A stretch of 64,000 bases of DNA. Origin: a virus. The stretch lies in the IMG/VR virus record IMGVR_UViG_3300032313_000500, positions 1-64,000 of that record; one strand, written 5' to 3'. Made by a program: the position numbers and the translations under genes. This document shows, piece by piece, positions 48,068 to 56,627 of the stretch. The notes under the pieces were generated by a model, which was not told where the DNA came from, did not search any database, and was given only the letters and a program-made list of their open reading frames with translations. The first letter of the stretch is position 1. Each line of letters opens with the position of its first letter.

Positions 48068-51000
48068 AAAAAGTATCTACCCTATTTGATGCACTGCGTA
48101 ATGAAAAATTTGCTATTGCTATTCAAGATGATTATGGAGTCAAATACTATGGCTCCGAAGGCCAGGGAAAAGAATGGTCCGACTGGGCCAACTCTCTTAG
48201 CACCAAAACTATTGACGCAAACAATATTCCAGCAGGAATCATTCAGGGGCCCTACAAAAACATTAGCGAGCATTCCTTAAAGTCATTGCTGACTGCTTTT
48301 GGAAACAACATTAGCGAAATTGGCAACTCCTATACAGACTCCAAGTCATACTCTTACAAAAGTTCTGTAAAGATGGACAACGGTGCCCGTGTTCCAGCAG
48401 TAATGGATACACCAATTGGTCACTTTACCAAGTCCCAGTATTCAAGCGCTGTGAATTACAAGGGTCTTGCTATTCGCACCCAAATCAAAGAGGGAAGTTT
48501 TCTTTTTGAAGCAAGAGCAAACAATTACGCATTCAACTTTGACAACTGGATGTACAACTCAACCCCGTCAAAAGCCGAAATAAAGTCACTTCGTCACAGA
48601 ATTGACACAAACGTAGGTCGTTCTTCCGAAAGACGTCTGGGCATGAAATTTAAAGCCGCTCTTGTTGAAAGAGATGGACGCCACAGAGTTGGTTACGCGC
48701 AAACACTGGAAACCAAATCACTTGAAGACTCTCTTGAGTTGAAAGGAATTGGTCAAAGAATAGGTGGAGGAGCACGCATCGGCAGAAGAGCGGCTCGCAG
48801 TATGGCCATGTTTGACCCTAAAGCATGGGACGGCGATGGCGATGGCGTAGTGCAGGAAGGTACACCCTTTGAAAGACCTGCAATTCCCGGCATCAACGAC
48901 AGGGCAACTGGCGGTGCTGTTGACGCAGATGCTGCGAAGAAGGCATGGAAAGAATTTCAAAAGAATCCAGGCAGTTCAACGCCTTCTAGAGAGTTGAGTC
49001 CTGCACGCAGAGCCATGCGCGAAGGAAGCCGCTCAGTAGGAAGACAAGTTCTCACTAACCGTAAGCCAGCGGCAGCGGGTCGTAAATTACCTGACTCAAA
49101 ACCAATCAAGAGAAGCGGTCTTGCATCAAGATTGCCTGGCGACAAAAACGAAGCAGGAGTCAACCCACTAGTAGCAAAAGAAGTAGTTCGCAAAATAGAA
49201 GATGTTCTCTATAAACGAGACACATTAGATTCATTCAGTGCTTTCATTGATGGACTTGGTCCAGACGGTGGTCAGGAATTAAGTGCTGAACAAGTTTTTG
49301 ACATAAAAGAAGCAATCCAGTTGTACGACAATGAAGAATACGACATGGACGACCTTTACAGCAGTGTTTCAGCAGCCGTCACCAGAAAGAAGCCCGACGC
49401 TAAACCAAGTCAATCCGGAATGCGTTCACGTGTTGGTAAAGCACAAATGGACAGACAAGTTAATGGTCTCGCATCACGAAGTGGTCGTTCTAAGAAAAAA
49501 TCAAAACTGAAAGCAGTACCAGGACTTGACAAGGTTGACGAACGAGATGGTTCCCTATGGGCGTCTTTGACACCAGAACAGCAAGAAGTTGTAAAGAAAA
49601 ATACTCAAACAGCATATGAAAGACTTCAGACATCCATCAAAAAAGACAAGTATCTCAGCACGTGGTGGGATGAATTTTTACGTCTTCCTCGCAAAAAGGG
49701 AGCAACAGACGCTGACGGTAATGAGTGGTCTGAGCAATCAAGAATTGCTGGAGAGGCATTCACTTCTTTTGAAGTAGCAATAAACAGGTCAATTGACGGC
49801 GCAAATTCAGAAATACAAGCCGACGAGAGAGCGCTTGCAGCAATGAGACCTACAGGGTCTGATGCTGAAATTAAAAAAGCAGAAAACAGAATTGCAAATA
49901 AGAAGAAACAGGTTCAAAGAATTCAAAAAATTCTAGACGACCTTAAAACGTACGACCAAATGGACAAAGCCGATGACTGGTCGCTTCTTGAACACCTTCA
50001 CCCAGAACAAAGAAAGAAATCTTTCGGTACTGGATTGCAAAAAGATGAAATAAATCTGATTGTTAGCCCTTTTGCTGATGGAAAACTTCCAAAGGGAATG
50101 AAAGTTGGAGAACCATCAACAATTTTTGAAGAAATTGGTGGAGTTAAAAGAGCAAAGCCTCGTATTATCGGAGAAAAAGGTGATGCAAAACTTGCAGACT
50201 TTGCAGACAGAATTCTTCGCCCCAACCCAGTAAGGGCGGAAAGAAGAAGACTACGAAAGGCCGGAAAAGGTAAGACGTTCACAGAAGAATCGCCACGCGA
50301 AAAAATCTCAAAAGTTAAAAGAAGAATTTCTAAAGCAAAACGTCAAGTACAAAGCAAGATTCGTGGAAAGCGCAATCCAGAGAATATTGAAAGCGCTTTG
50401 GAAAAAGTCAGGAAACGTAACACTCCACTTATCGGCAGAGACAAAGACGACAATCCGGTTATCTCTCGCGAAACAATTGAGGGTTTTGCAAAACTGCTAA
50501 GAGGATACAAGCCTTCGGAAAAAAGAACCAAAGATGGAGCGACCAAAGGTAAGAACGCCGACTCGTTCCTTGGACAAATCTGGGACTCACAAAACTTCTC
50601 TGCACTTCCTACAGCGATAACTGAAGAAGAGGCCAGGGAACTAATATCTTTAGGATGGACACCAATTCAACGTGGGCATGGAGGAACAACACCCTCCCAG
50701 GCAGCCTCATGGGCGGAAGATTATATTTACGACCCTAGAAGATTTATTACTGGAGAAGGTGGACAAGCAGTAGGCCCTGGAGAATACTGGGCCCACCCTG
50801 AGAGCACCGGATGGGACAGTTGGATTAGAGGTCAATCTTCAAACACTGCAACACTTGCTTTCTTGCCACCTAACTCAAAAGTCCTAACGGAAGCGCAAGC
50901 GTCAAAACTTCAACAGGACGGCAATAGTATTGCAAACGCAATCGGTGGATACATAACTGGTGCTGGTAGTGGTGGAAAAGCGGAAGAACTTGACCCACAA

Positions 51001-51360
51001 GACCTTGTTAGAGAAATCAAACAGCATCTTTCAAGCGTGTTACCAATGGATTCAGGTGTTTGGAATAGCGAAGTAGGAAAAGTATATTCTCAAATATTCA
51101 GCCTCATGGAGGCTGGAAACTCGGCGGAAGGCAAGCAACTCTATGCCGCTCTGCAGTTCATGTTAAAACAAAGAGACTCTCATAAAAACATTTACGCCAT
51201 GATTCTTGGATACGACGGTGTTGATTATGGAAAATCAGACGGAAGATTGCTGATGTTTAACCGCGGTGCGCTATCTGTTGTTGGAGAAGCAGTTGTTCCT
51301 CTTGATAAACTCAAAGCCATAGCAGCGGGCCAACCTTGGCCACCCAGAAAGGACGCATAA
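48064..51360 (+). CDS. Head-cargo protein with DGDGDG module and C-terminal PARP-like ART domain
   Basis: FDPKAWDGDGDGVVQEGTP; QNFSALPTAITEEE..IQRG..GEGGQAVGPGEYWA..LGYDGV resembles MuF-associated ART-like domains. Confidence 0.55.
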   Translation: MKKVSTLFDALRNEKFAIAIQDDYGVKYYGSEGQGKEWSDWANSLSTKTIDANNIPAGIIQGPYKNISEHSLKSLLTAFGNNISEIGNSYTDSKSYSYKSSVKMDNGARVPAVMDTPIGHFTKSQYSSAVNYKGLAIRTQIKEGSFLFEARANNYAFNFDNWMYNSTPSKAEIKSLRHRIDTNVGRSSERRLGMKFKAALVERDGRHRVGYAQTLETKSLEDSLELKGIGQRIGGGARIGRRAARSMAMFDPKAWDGDGDGVVQEGTPFERPAIPGINDRATGGAVDADAAKKAWKEFQKNPGSSTPSRELSPARRAMREGSRSVGRQVLTNRKPAAAGRKLPDSKPIKRSGLASRLPGDKNEAGVNPLVAKEVVRKIEDVLYKRDTLDSFSAFIDGLGPDGGQELSAEQVFDIKEAIQLYDNEEYDMDDLYSSVSAAVTRKKPDAKPSQSGMRSRVGKAQMDRQVNGLASRSGRSKKKSKLKAVPGLDKVDERDGSLWASLTPEQQEVVKKNTQTAYERLQTSIKKDKYLSTWWDEFLRLPRKKGATDADGNEWSEQSRIAGEAFTSFEVAINRSIDGANSEIQADERALAAMRPTGSDAEIKKAENRIANKKKQVQRIQKILDDLKTYDQMDKADDWSLLEHLHPEQRKKSFGTGLQKDEINLIVSPFADGKLPKGMKVGEPSTIFEEIGGVKRAKPRIIGEKGDAKLADFADRILRPNPVRAERRRLRKAGKGKTFTEESPREKISKVKRRISKAKRQVQSKIRGKRNPENIESALEKVRKRNTPLIGRDKDDNPVISRETIEGFAKLLRGYKPSEKRTKDGATKGKNADSFLGQIWDSQNFSALPTAITEEEARELISLGWTPIQRGHGGTTPSQAASWAEDYIYDPRRFITGEGGQAVGPGEYWAHPESTGWDSWIRGQSSNTATLAFLPPNSKVLTEAQASKLQQDGNSIANAIGGYITGAGSGGKAEELDPQDLVREIKQHLSSVLPMDSGVWNSEVGKVYSQIFSLMEAGNSAEGKQLYAALQFMLKQRDSHKNIYAMILGYDGVDYGKSDGRLLMFNRGALSVVGEAVVPLDKLKAIAAGQPWPPRKDA

Positions 51361-51689
51361 TGTCTGAAGACGAATTTGTAGAAAAACACCGTGAGTACTC
51401 CGTGTACGCAGACTGGCCTCCGTTTTCAATATCTAGCAAAAAAAGAAATGACTATCTTGAAGATGTTGTTAAAGAAGACAGACGAATAGTTTCAAAAATT
51501 AACGCCAAAGACGAAGATGCATTTGAAAGAATGTACTCAACCGTAGAGGTTAAGTGGTCTGACGACCTTGAAGAAGCCCGCCTCTACCAAAAGAGGTATG
51601 GCAAAGAAAAGATTGACGCATTTCTCGCTGCTTTAGAACTGGAAGGTCTTGAAGAAGACAGCGACGGCGTTCCATTTGGAATTTTTTAA
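51360..51689 (+). CDS. Small acidic hypothetical protein
   Basis: TAATG coupling at 51358-51362; MSEDEFVEKHREYSVYADWPPF. Confidence 0.65.
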   Translation: MSEDEFVEKHREYSVYADWPPFSISSKKRNDYLEDVVKEDRRIVSKINAKDEDAFERMYSTVEVKWSDDLEEARLYQKRYGKEKIDAFLAALELEGLEEDSDGVPFGIF

Positions 51690-51690
51690 T

Positions 51691-54600
51691 GTGGAAAGCG
51701 AACTCAGAAGTCAAATTGCTGCCGTAAGGCGAGCAGCGGATATTGGATGTTTTGGTGCGCACCAAATTTCAAACGGTGAATGGCTGCCCTGTTCTTCAAC
51801 AAAACAATTTCTGACAATTACTAACGGTTTTGATGTCAAGTCAAGAATTTCACTTGACGACATGGAGAACTGGTCTTCAATCAGAAAATCAAAAGGAAAA
51901 AAGCGAAAGAAGCGTTGGGAAAAACTTCGTGAGCGCAGAATACTTGGAATTGAATCTCTGGAAGGCGGCGGTCTTGTTTCTCCAAGAAACTCAACAAACA
52001 TGATTAATGGTGGCACAAATCCACCAATCACGCATGGTGCTTCAAGTCCTTCGGGTATGTCTACTAAGAGCATTCAGCCCGCATTCATGCCTAGAGACAA
52101 CGACCCTGACGTGTTTGTTGATATTGAATCAGCAAGAAAAAGAGCGCAGCAACTTGGCTGTATCGGTGTAAGCAGAAGAATGTCAAAAGGTGGAAAGGTT
52201 ATATGGATGCCATGTACAAATATCACCGACTACAACAATCTGACCGGAATGACTTCTCTTGGAAGAACAAATCTTCAAAAAAGAAATGAAAAAATAATTA
52301 GAACCGTAATAAAAGAAAATCTTAAAAAGAAAAAAACAACTATTCAAGAAGATATTTACGGCAAGGCTCTCGGTCCAAGAATTAGAGGAATAGCCCGAGC
52401 AGCAGTTTCAAGGTTTGACGCAAATGCTTTTGACGGAGACGAAGACGGCTTAATCCAAGACGGAACCACGTTTGAGAGACCAAGCATTCCAACTCCATCC
52501 ATACCAAAACCCGCAGACAGAGAAGCCACACCAAAAACTGTAGACAGAGAAGTTTCAGCATCAGAAGTTTCTGCAGTACGCAAATTCATGAGCGCCATGA
52601 CTTCTTCGCAAATGGATTCTTTCAGAGGTGAACCAATTGAAGCGTACGACGGAGTTCCTGGGTCAAGGCGTGGAATGGCATCCAGTGGTCCTGGATTCAT
52701 TATCGGTCGCGGTCCAAAACCAGTAAGCGGAAGAAAGACACCAAAGCCTTTATCCATAGCGGAACTGAGAAACCCAGAAGCAAGTCCAACCAACCCATTT
52801 AGAAATCTCGGTGGAAGACTGATGGGCAAATTGATTAGGGGAATGGTCAAGCCTGAACATAGAAACAAACAAGATAGAACGACTTTCCTCATTGGTGGAA
52901 ATACTGGTTCGGGTAAAACAACCGTACTTGACGGACATTTAATACCAAAAGGCCTAGTCCCCTCACACGAGGAAGCCGCGCTCATTGACCCTGACTTCAT
53001 CAAGAAAGGTCTTGTTGGATACAACGACGGGGATGGTGCTGGTCGTGTTCATAGAGAGTCTCAAGCAGCAACTGACAAGACAATTAGGGATGCCGCTTCT
53101 GACCAAATGGACATGGTAATCACAGGTTCTGGTGCGTCAAGACAAATTCAACACATGCGTGAAGCGTCTGAGCGTGGAGAAAAGGTAGTCGGACACTGGG
53201 TGCACGTTCCACAACAGGAAGCATCTAGGAGAATTAAAAAAAGAATGGATGAAACCAATAGGTACATCCCAGACAACACAGCCCATATGGCTCAGAGTAT
53301 TCCTAAAGTTATTTCAACAGGATTTGAAGAAGACTTACTGGATGAGTTCTACCTATGGGACAACGACGTACCCGAAGGTAAAGAGCCAAAACTTATTGCA
53401 AAAAAAGTTCGTGGCAAAAAGTTTGAAATATACGACGCTAAAAAATTTGAAGAATTTGCCGGAAGTAAAAAGTGGGCAGACACCTGGGTTGCAACATCTG
53501 AAGGAAAAGATTCAGACAATGACAGCGCATCTGTACAGATGAGTAAAAATAGAAGCGGAAATCCTGCAAACAGAGGCGGGAGTGGACGTGTCACGCCTCC
53601 CAAAAACCCGCGAACCCCAATACCTAGCACAGGACAAGGCTCTCCCTTGGACCTAACTCCGTACTCACCGCCATCAAGAGAAAATTCTGTAAAAAAAACA
53701 TTAATAGGAAAAATTCAAAAAATTATACCGCGTGTTCAATTTGAGGGAGTACTTAGAATAGCATCGCGTATTCCAAAGGGAATGCCTCTTTATGAAGAAA
53801 CTGACGACAATCAAATTAAAATAAATTTAAAATCTTTGCAAATTAATCTTGACACTCCTCAGGATATTTTGAAAGCAGTTGATACCTACGCTCCACTCAA
53901 AGCAGACAACGAATCAATGGAGGATTTTGCAGCAAGAATTATTCAAACTATTCCGGCTATGAGGTGGGCGGTTGGGTCCAGTGGTCCAGGAGGAGCAAAA
54001 AGACTTGCAGACATATTAACTCAATCTGGATTCAGTAATAATTCTCAAGAAAAAGTAAGAGAAATACTAAAGAAAAATTTAGAAAATCCATCATTTGCTG
54101 AATTAGTAAAAATACACGGAATGCCATTGATTGTAAACGGTGACACATTATTTACAACAAACGAAAAACTAGCAGCAGGAGGGACGGATGCTTTTCATAC
54201 TGCAGGTTATGGGTTTATCCTCATGTCTGATTCTCTTCTACGGGAAGGAAAGTCGTATTCTCTTGGCTGGACCGAGGAAACCCCCCTTTACAATTATGTT
54301 GGAGAAACAATGCGTCACGAGTGGTTTCACTACTTAGATGGAATAATGAACGCAATGGACCCTGTTGCGAGAAACAATAGAATACAAAAGTACATGAAAA
54401 GTGTAAATGATTTTCTTTCAGACCCTCAGGCTCGTTTTGAAAAAGCGCTAGGAACTCCAGAAGAAATGATTAAAGAAGCAGAGTCAATAGCAGTAAGAAG
54501 TATTGCTTTTGCTCAAGGAAAATCAAAACGTGATGCCATAAGGTATTTAAGGAATAGGAAAGACAAAGATTATTTGGCTTTAATGGATTTAGCCATTGGA

Positions 54601-54900
54601 AAAATGATAGACGACGCAGTGGACTCACTGTTTCAAGACAGGGGTGGAGTTTACGATGATGTCGCTAAAAAATATAGTGTTTATTCTCGTCATGGGATGC
54701 ATGAGTTAATTGCTGAAATAGGAAAACTCATAACCTCAACCCCAGAAGAGAGGGGTTTGTCTGCAAGCGACACAAACTACGCCATTGATAGTGAAACCGT
54801 AGATTTCCTCATGGACATGTTTCCTTCAATATCAAGAGGATTATGGGTAAGTATAATAAAGACGTCTTATCCAGGGATTCAAATAAAGGTATTGAGGTAA
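51691..54900 (+). CDS. Head-cargo protein: two Cys-pair repeats, DGDEDG module, zeta-toxin-like P-loop kinase and HExxH metallopeptidase
   Basis: GGNTGSGKTT, LIDPDFIKK, VHRES, HVPQQEASRRIKKR..RYIP; RHEWFHY with a distal HELIAE. GTG start at 51691 chosen. Confidence 0.7.
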   Translation: MESELRSQIAAVRRAADIGCFGAHQISNGEWLPCSSTKQFLTITNGFDVKSRISLDDMENWSSIRKSKGKKRKKRWEKLRERRILGIESLEGGGLVSPRNSTNMINGGTNPPITHGASSPSGMSTKSIQPAFMPRDNDPDVFVDIESARKRAQQLGCIGVSRRMSKGGKVIWMPCTNITDYNNLTGMTSLGRTNLQKRNEKIIRTVIKENLKKKKTTIQEDIYGKALGPRIRGIARAAVSRFDANAFDGDEDGLIQDGTTFERPSIPTPSIPKPADREATPKTVDREVSASEVSAVRKFMSAMTSSQMDSFRGEPIEAYDGVPGSRRGMASSGPGFIIGRGPKPVSGRKTPKPLSIAELRNPEASPTNPFRNLGGRLMGKLIRGMVKPEHRNKQDRTTFLIGGNTGSGKTTVLDGHLIPKGLVPSHEEAALIDPDFIKKGLVGYNDGDGAGRVHRESQAATDKTIRDAASDQMDMVITGSGASRQIQHMREASERGEKVVGHWVHVPQQEASRRIKKRMDETNRYIPDNTAHMAQSIPKVISTGFEEDLLDEFYLWDNDVPEGKEPKLIAKKVRGKKFEIYDAKKFEEFAGSKKWADTWVATSEGKDSDNDSASVQMSKNRSGNPANRGGSGRVTPPKNPRTPIPSTGQGSPLDLTPYSPPSRENSVKKTLIGKIQKIIPRVQFEGVLRIASRIPKGMPLYEETDDNQIKINLKSLQINLDTPQDILKAVDTYAPLKADNESMEDFAARIIQTIPAMRWAVGSSGPGGAKRLADILTQSGFSNNSQEKVREILKKNLENPSFAELVKIHGMPLIVNGDTLFTTNEKLAAGGTDAFHTAGYGFILMSDSLLREGKSYSLGWTEETPLYNYVGETMRHEWFHYLDGIMNAMDPVARNNRIQKYMKSVNDFLSDPQARFEKALGTPEEMIKEAESIAVRSIAFAQGKSKRDAIRYLRNRKDKDYLALMDLAIGKMIDDAVDSLFQDRGGVYDDVAKKYSVYSRHGMHELIAEIGKLITSTPEERGLSASDTNYAIDSETVDFLMDMFPSISRGLWVSIIKTSYPGIQIKVLR

Positions 54901-54903
54901 CAG

Positions 54904-55110
54904 ATGACAACCTACGGACGTAACGCCAGATTTACGGGAATTAAATCAAAAATAGACGAGTTAGACATGTTGATAAACTCGTTTGAGTTTTCCAAGGAGA
55001 CCGACCTGTTGGCTCAACTTAAAAAGTTGCGTGAACAATTACTAGAAACACTTGACAATTTGGAAAAAACTTTAGGAGATAGCCAAAAATCTCCTGAAGG
55101 CGAGAAGTAG
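54904..55110 (+). CDS. Small helical hypothetical protein
   Basis: 68 aa coiled-coil-like ORF directly after the zeta/HExxH gene. Confidence 0.55.
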   Translation: MTTYGRNARFTGIKSKIDELDMLINSFEFSKETDLLAQLKKLREQLLETLDNLEKTLGDSQKSPEGEK

Positions 55111-55256
55111 TTACCAAATAATTATTGACTCAAAACCCAATACCTTCACTACGGCCACTAAAATAGCGTTATTATTTTTCAATAGGGCTTGGTGCTTACC
55201 TGGGCCGTCCAATTAGTAAACAAAAACCAATTATCCCAAACCAGGAGAAAAATAAA

Positions 55257-56615
55257 ATGTCAGACCAAGCAAGACTTACAGAATTGCAATCCGCCCTTCG
55301 CGCCAAGATGGCCGATAACAAGGCAATTGCAGACTCATTCCGCATTGAAGAAGGAACCGTTGTTGTCAACGCTCAGCAAAAGAGCGCATTTGATAAGAAC
55401 ATGACCGACATCAAGGAAATCAAGGGACTCATTGAGGGCCTTGAGGCAATGAACACCGTTGACCAATGGGGCTCACAGGCTCCAGCAGAATCAGTTGCTG
55501 CTGCTGCAGCCGCTGGCTACTCTCTCAAGAGCGTCTACGGCTCACAGAGCATCGGTGACCTCTTCCTCGCTTCACCAGAGTTCAAGACCCTTTTGGGTGG
55601 CAAGAATGGCGCAAACATGCCTTCCCCATTCCAACTCGGAGCATCACTCACCACTCATGGCGCATTCAGCGTTAAGGACGTTTACTCGGCACTTCCATCA
55701 GGCACATTGGGCCGTGGTGCAGATGCTCAGTTCGGTTCAATCCAGCGTGACCCAATGGTCATGTCACCACAGCGTGTAAAGCGCGTTCGTGACTTGTTCC
55801 CAAGCCGCACCACAACTGCTGCAGTTATTGAATACTTCCGTATGCTCGGTTTCACCGCAACAGGCGGCGGAGTCAACAATGCAGGAACAGTTGCTGAGCG
55901 TAACGCCGGAAACACAAACTTTGCTGCCAAGCCACAGTCCTCAATGGTATTTGAAGGCCACCAGGCCCCAGTACGTACCATTGCTCACTGGGAAGCAGCA
56001 CACCGTAACGTCCTCGCAGACGAGCCACAGTTGCGTTCAATCATTGACAACGAATTGATGTACGGTCTCCGTCTTCAAGAAGATGCTCAAATCCTCAACG
56101 GTGATGGCTCTGGCGAAAACCTTACTGGTGTTCTTCAGACTTCCGGTATCCAGAACTACTCATGGTCCAGCGGTTTGTACTCAGCAACTGCAGGAATGTC
56201 AGACACAAAGGCAGACGCAATCCGTCGCGCCGCTACTCTGTCGTTCTTGGCTTACTACGAGCCATCTGGTGTCGTTCTTCACCCGAACGATTGGGAAGAC
56301 ATTGAGTTGACCAAGGATGGCAATGGCCAGTACCTCGTTGCAGTTTCGGTTGCAATGGGTGGCGAGCCAAAGGTATGGCGTTTGCCGGTCGTTGAGACTC
56401 CTGCAATCCCAGAAGGCACCGCACTTGTCGGCGCATTCGGTACGGGCGCACAGTTGTATGACCGTGAGCAGGCTTCAATCCGCATCTCAGAGCAGCACTC
56501 GGACTTCTTCGTTCGCAACGCAATCGTTGTACTCGCAGAACAGCGCCTCGCCCTTGCGGTTAAGCGCCCAGAGTCATTCGTCAAAGTTACATTTGACAAC
56601 GCTCCAGCAGCCTAA
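55257..56615 (+). CDS. Major capsid protein, HK97 fold, with N-terminal scaffolding (delta) domain
   Basis: RVRDLF, AAKPQS..VRTIAHW, DAQILNGDGSGENLTG, VLHPNDW, WRLPVVET and FVRNAIVVLAEQRLALAVKRPESFV; AGGAG RBS; strongly biased codons. Confidence 0.93.
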   Translation: MSDQARLTELQSALRAKMADNKAIADSFRIEEGTVVVNAQQKSAFDKNMTDIKEIKGLIEGLEAMNTVDQWGSQAPAESVAAAAAAGYSLKSVYGSQSIGDLFLASPEFKTLLGGKNGANMPSPFQLGASLTTHGAFSVKDVYSALPSGTLGRGADAQFGSIQRDPMVMSPQRVKRVRDLFPSRTTTAAVIEYFRMLGFTATGGGVNNAGTVAERNAGNTNFAAKPQSSMVFEGHQAPVRTIAHWEAAHRNVLADEPQLRSIIDNELMYGLRLQEDAQILNGDGSGENLTGVLQTSGIQNYSWSSGLYSATAGMSDTKADAIRRAATLSFLAYYEPSGVVLHPNDWEDIELTKDGNGQYLVAVSVAMGGEPKVWRLPVVETPAIPEGTALVGAFGTGAQLYDREQASIRISEQHSDFFVRNAIVVLAEQRLALAVKRPESFVKVTFDNAPAA

Positions 56616-56627
56616 TAACTACTAAGT

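Noticed and set aside
32419-48950. DGDGDG module copies as DNA-level recombination or inversion repeats
   Set aside because: Copies differ at most third codon positions and no recombinase is nearby; conservation is at the protein level, so it is kept as a protein-motif finding.
31018-54900. Alternative genetic code or stop-codon readthrough explaining the giant ORFs
   Set aside because: The ORFs are open in the standard code, and TAA, TAG and TGA are all used as stops with normal coupling overlaps.
55186-55207. Hairpin GGCTTGGT-GCTT-ACC(T)GGGCC in the capsid gene leader as a riboswitch or ncRNA
   Set aside because: A short stem with G-U pairs and a bulge; no recognisable family.
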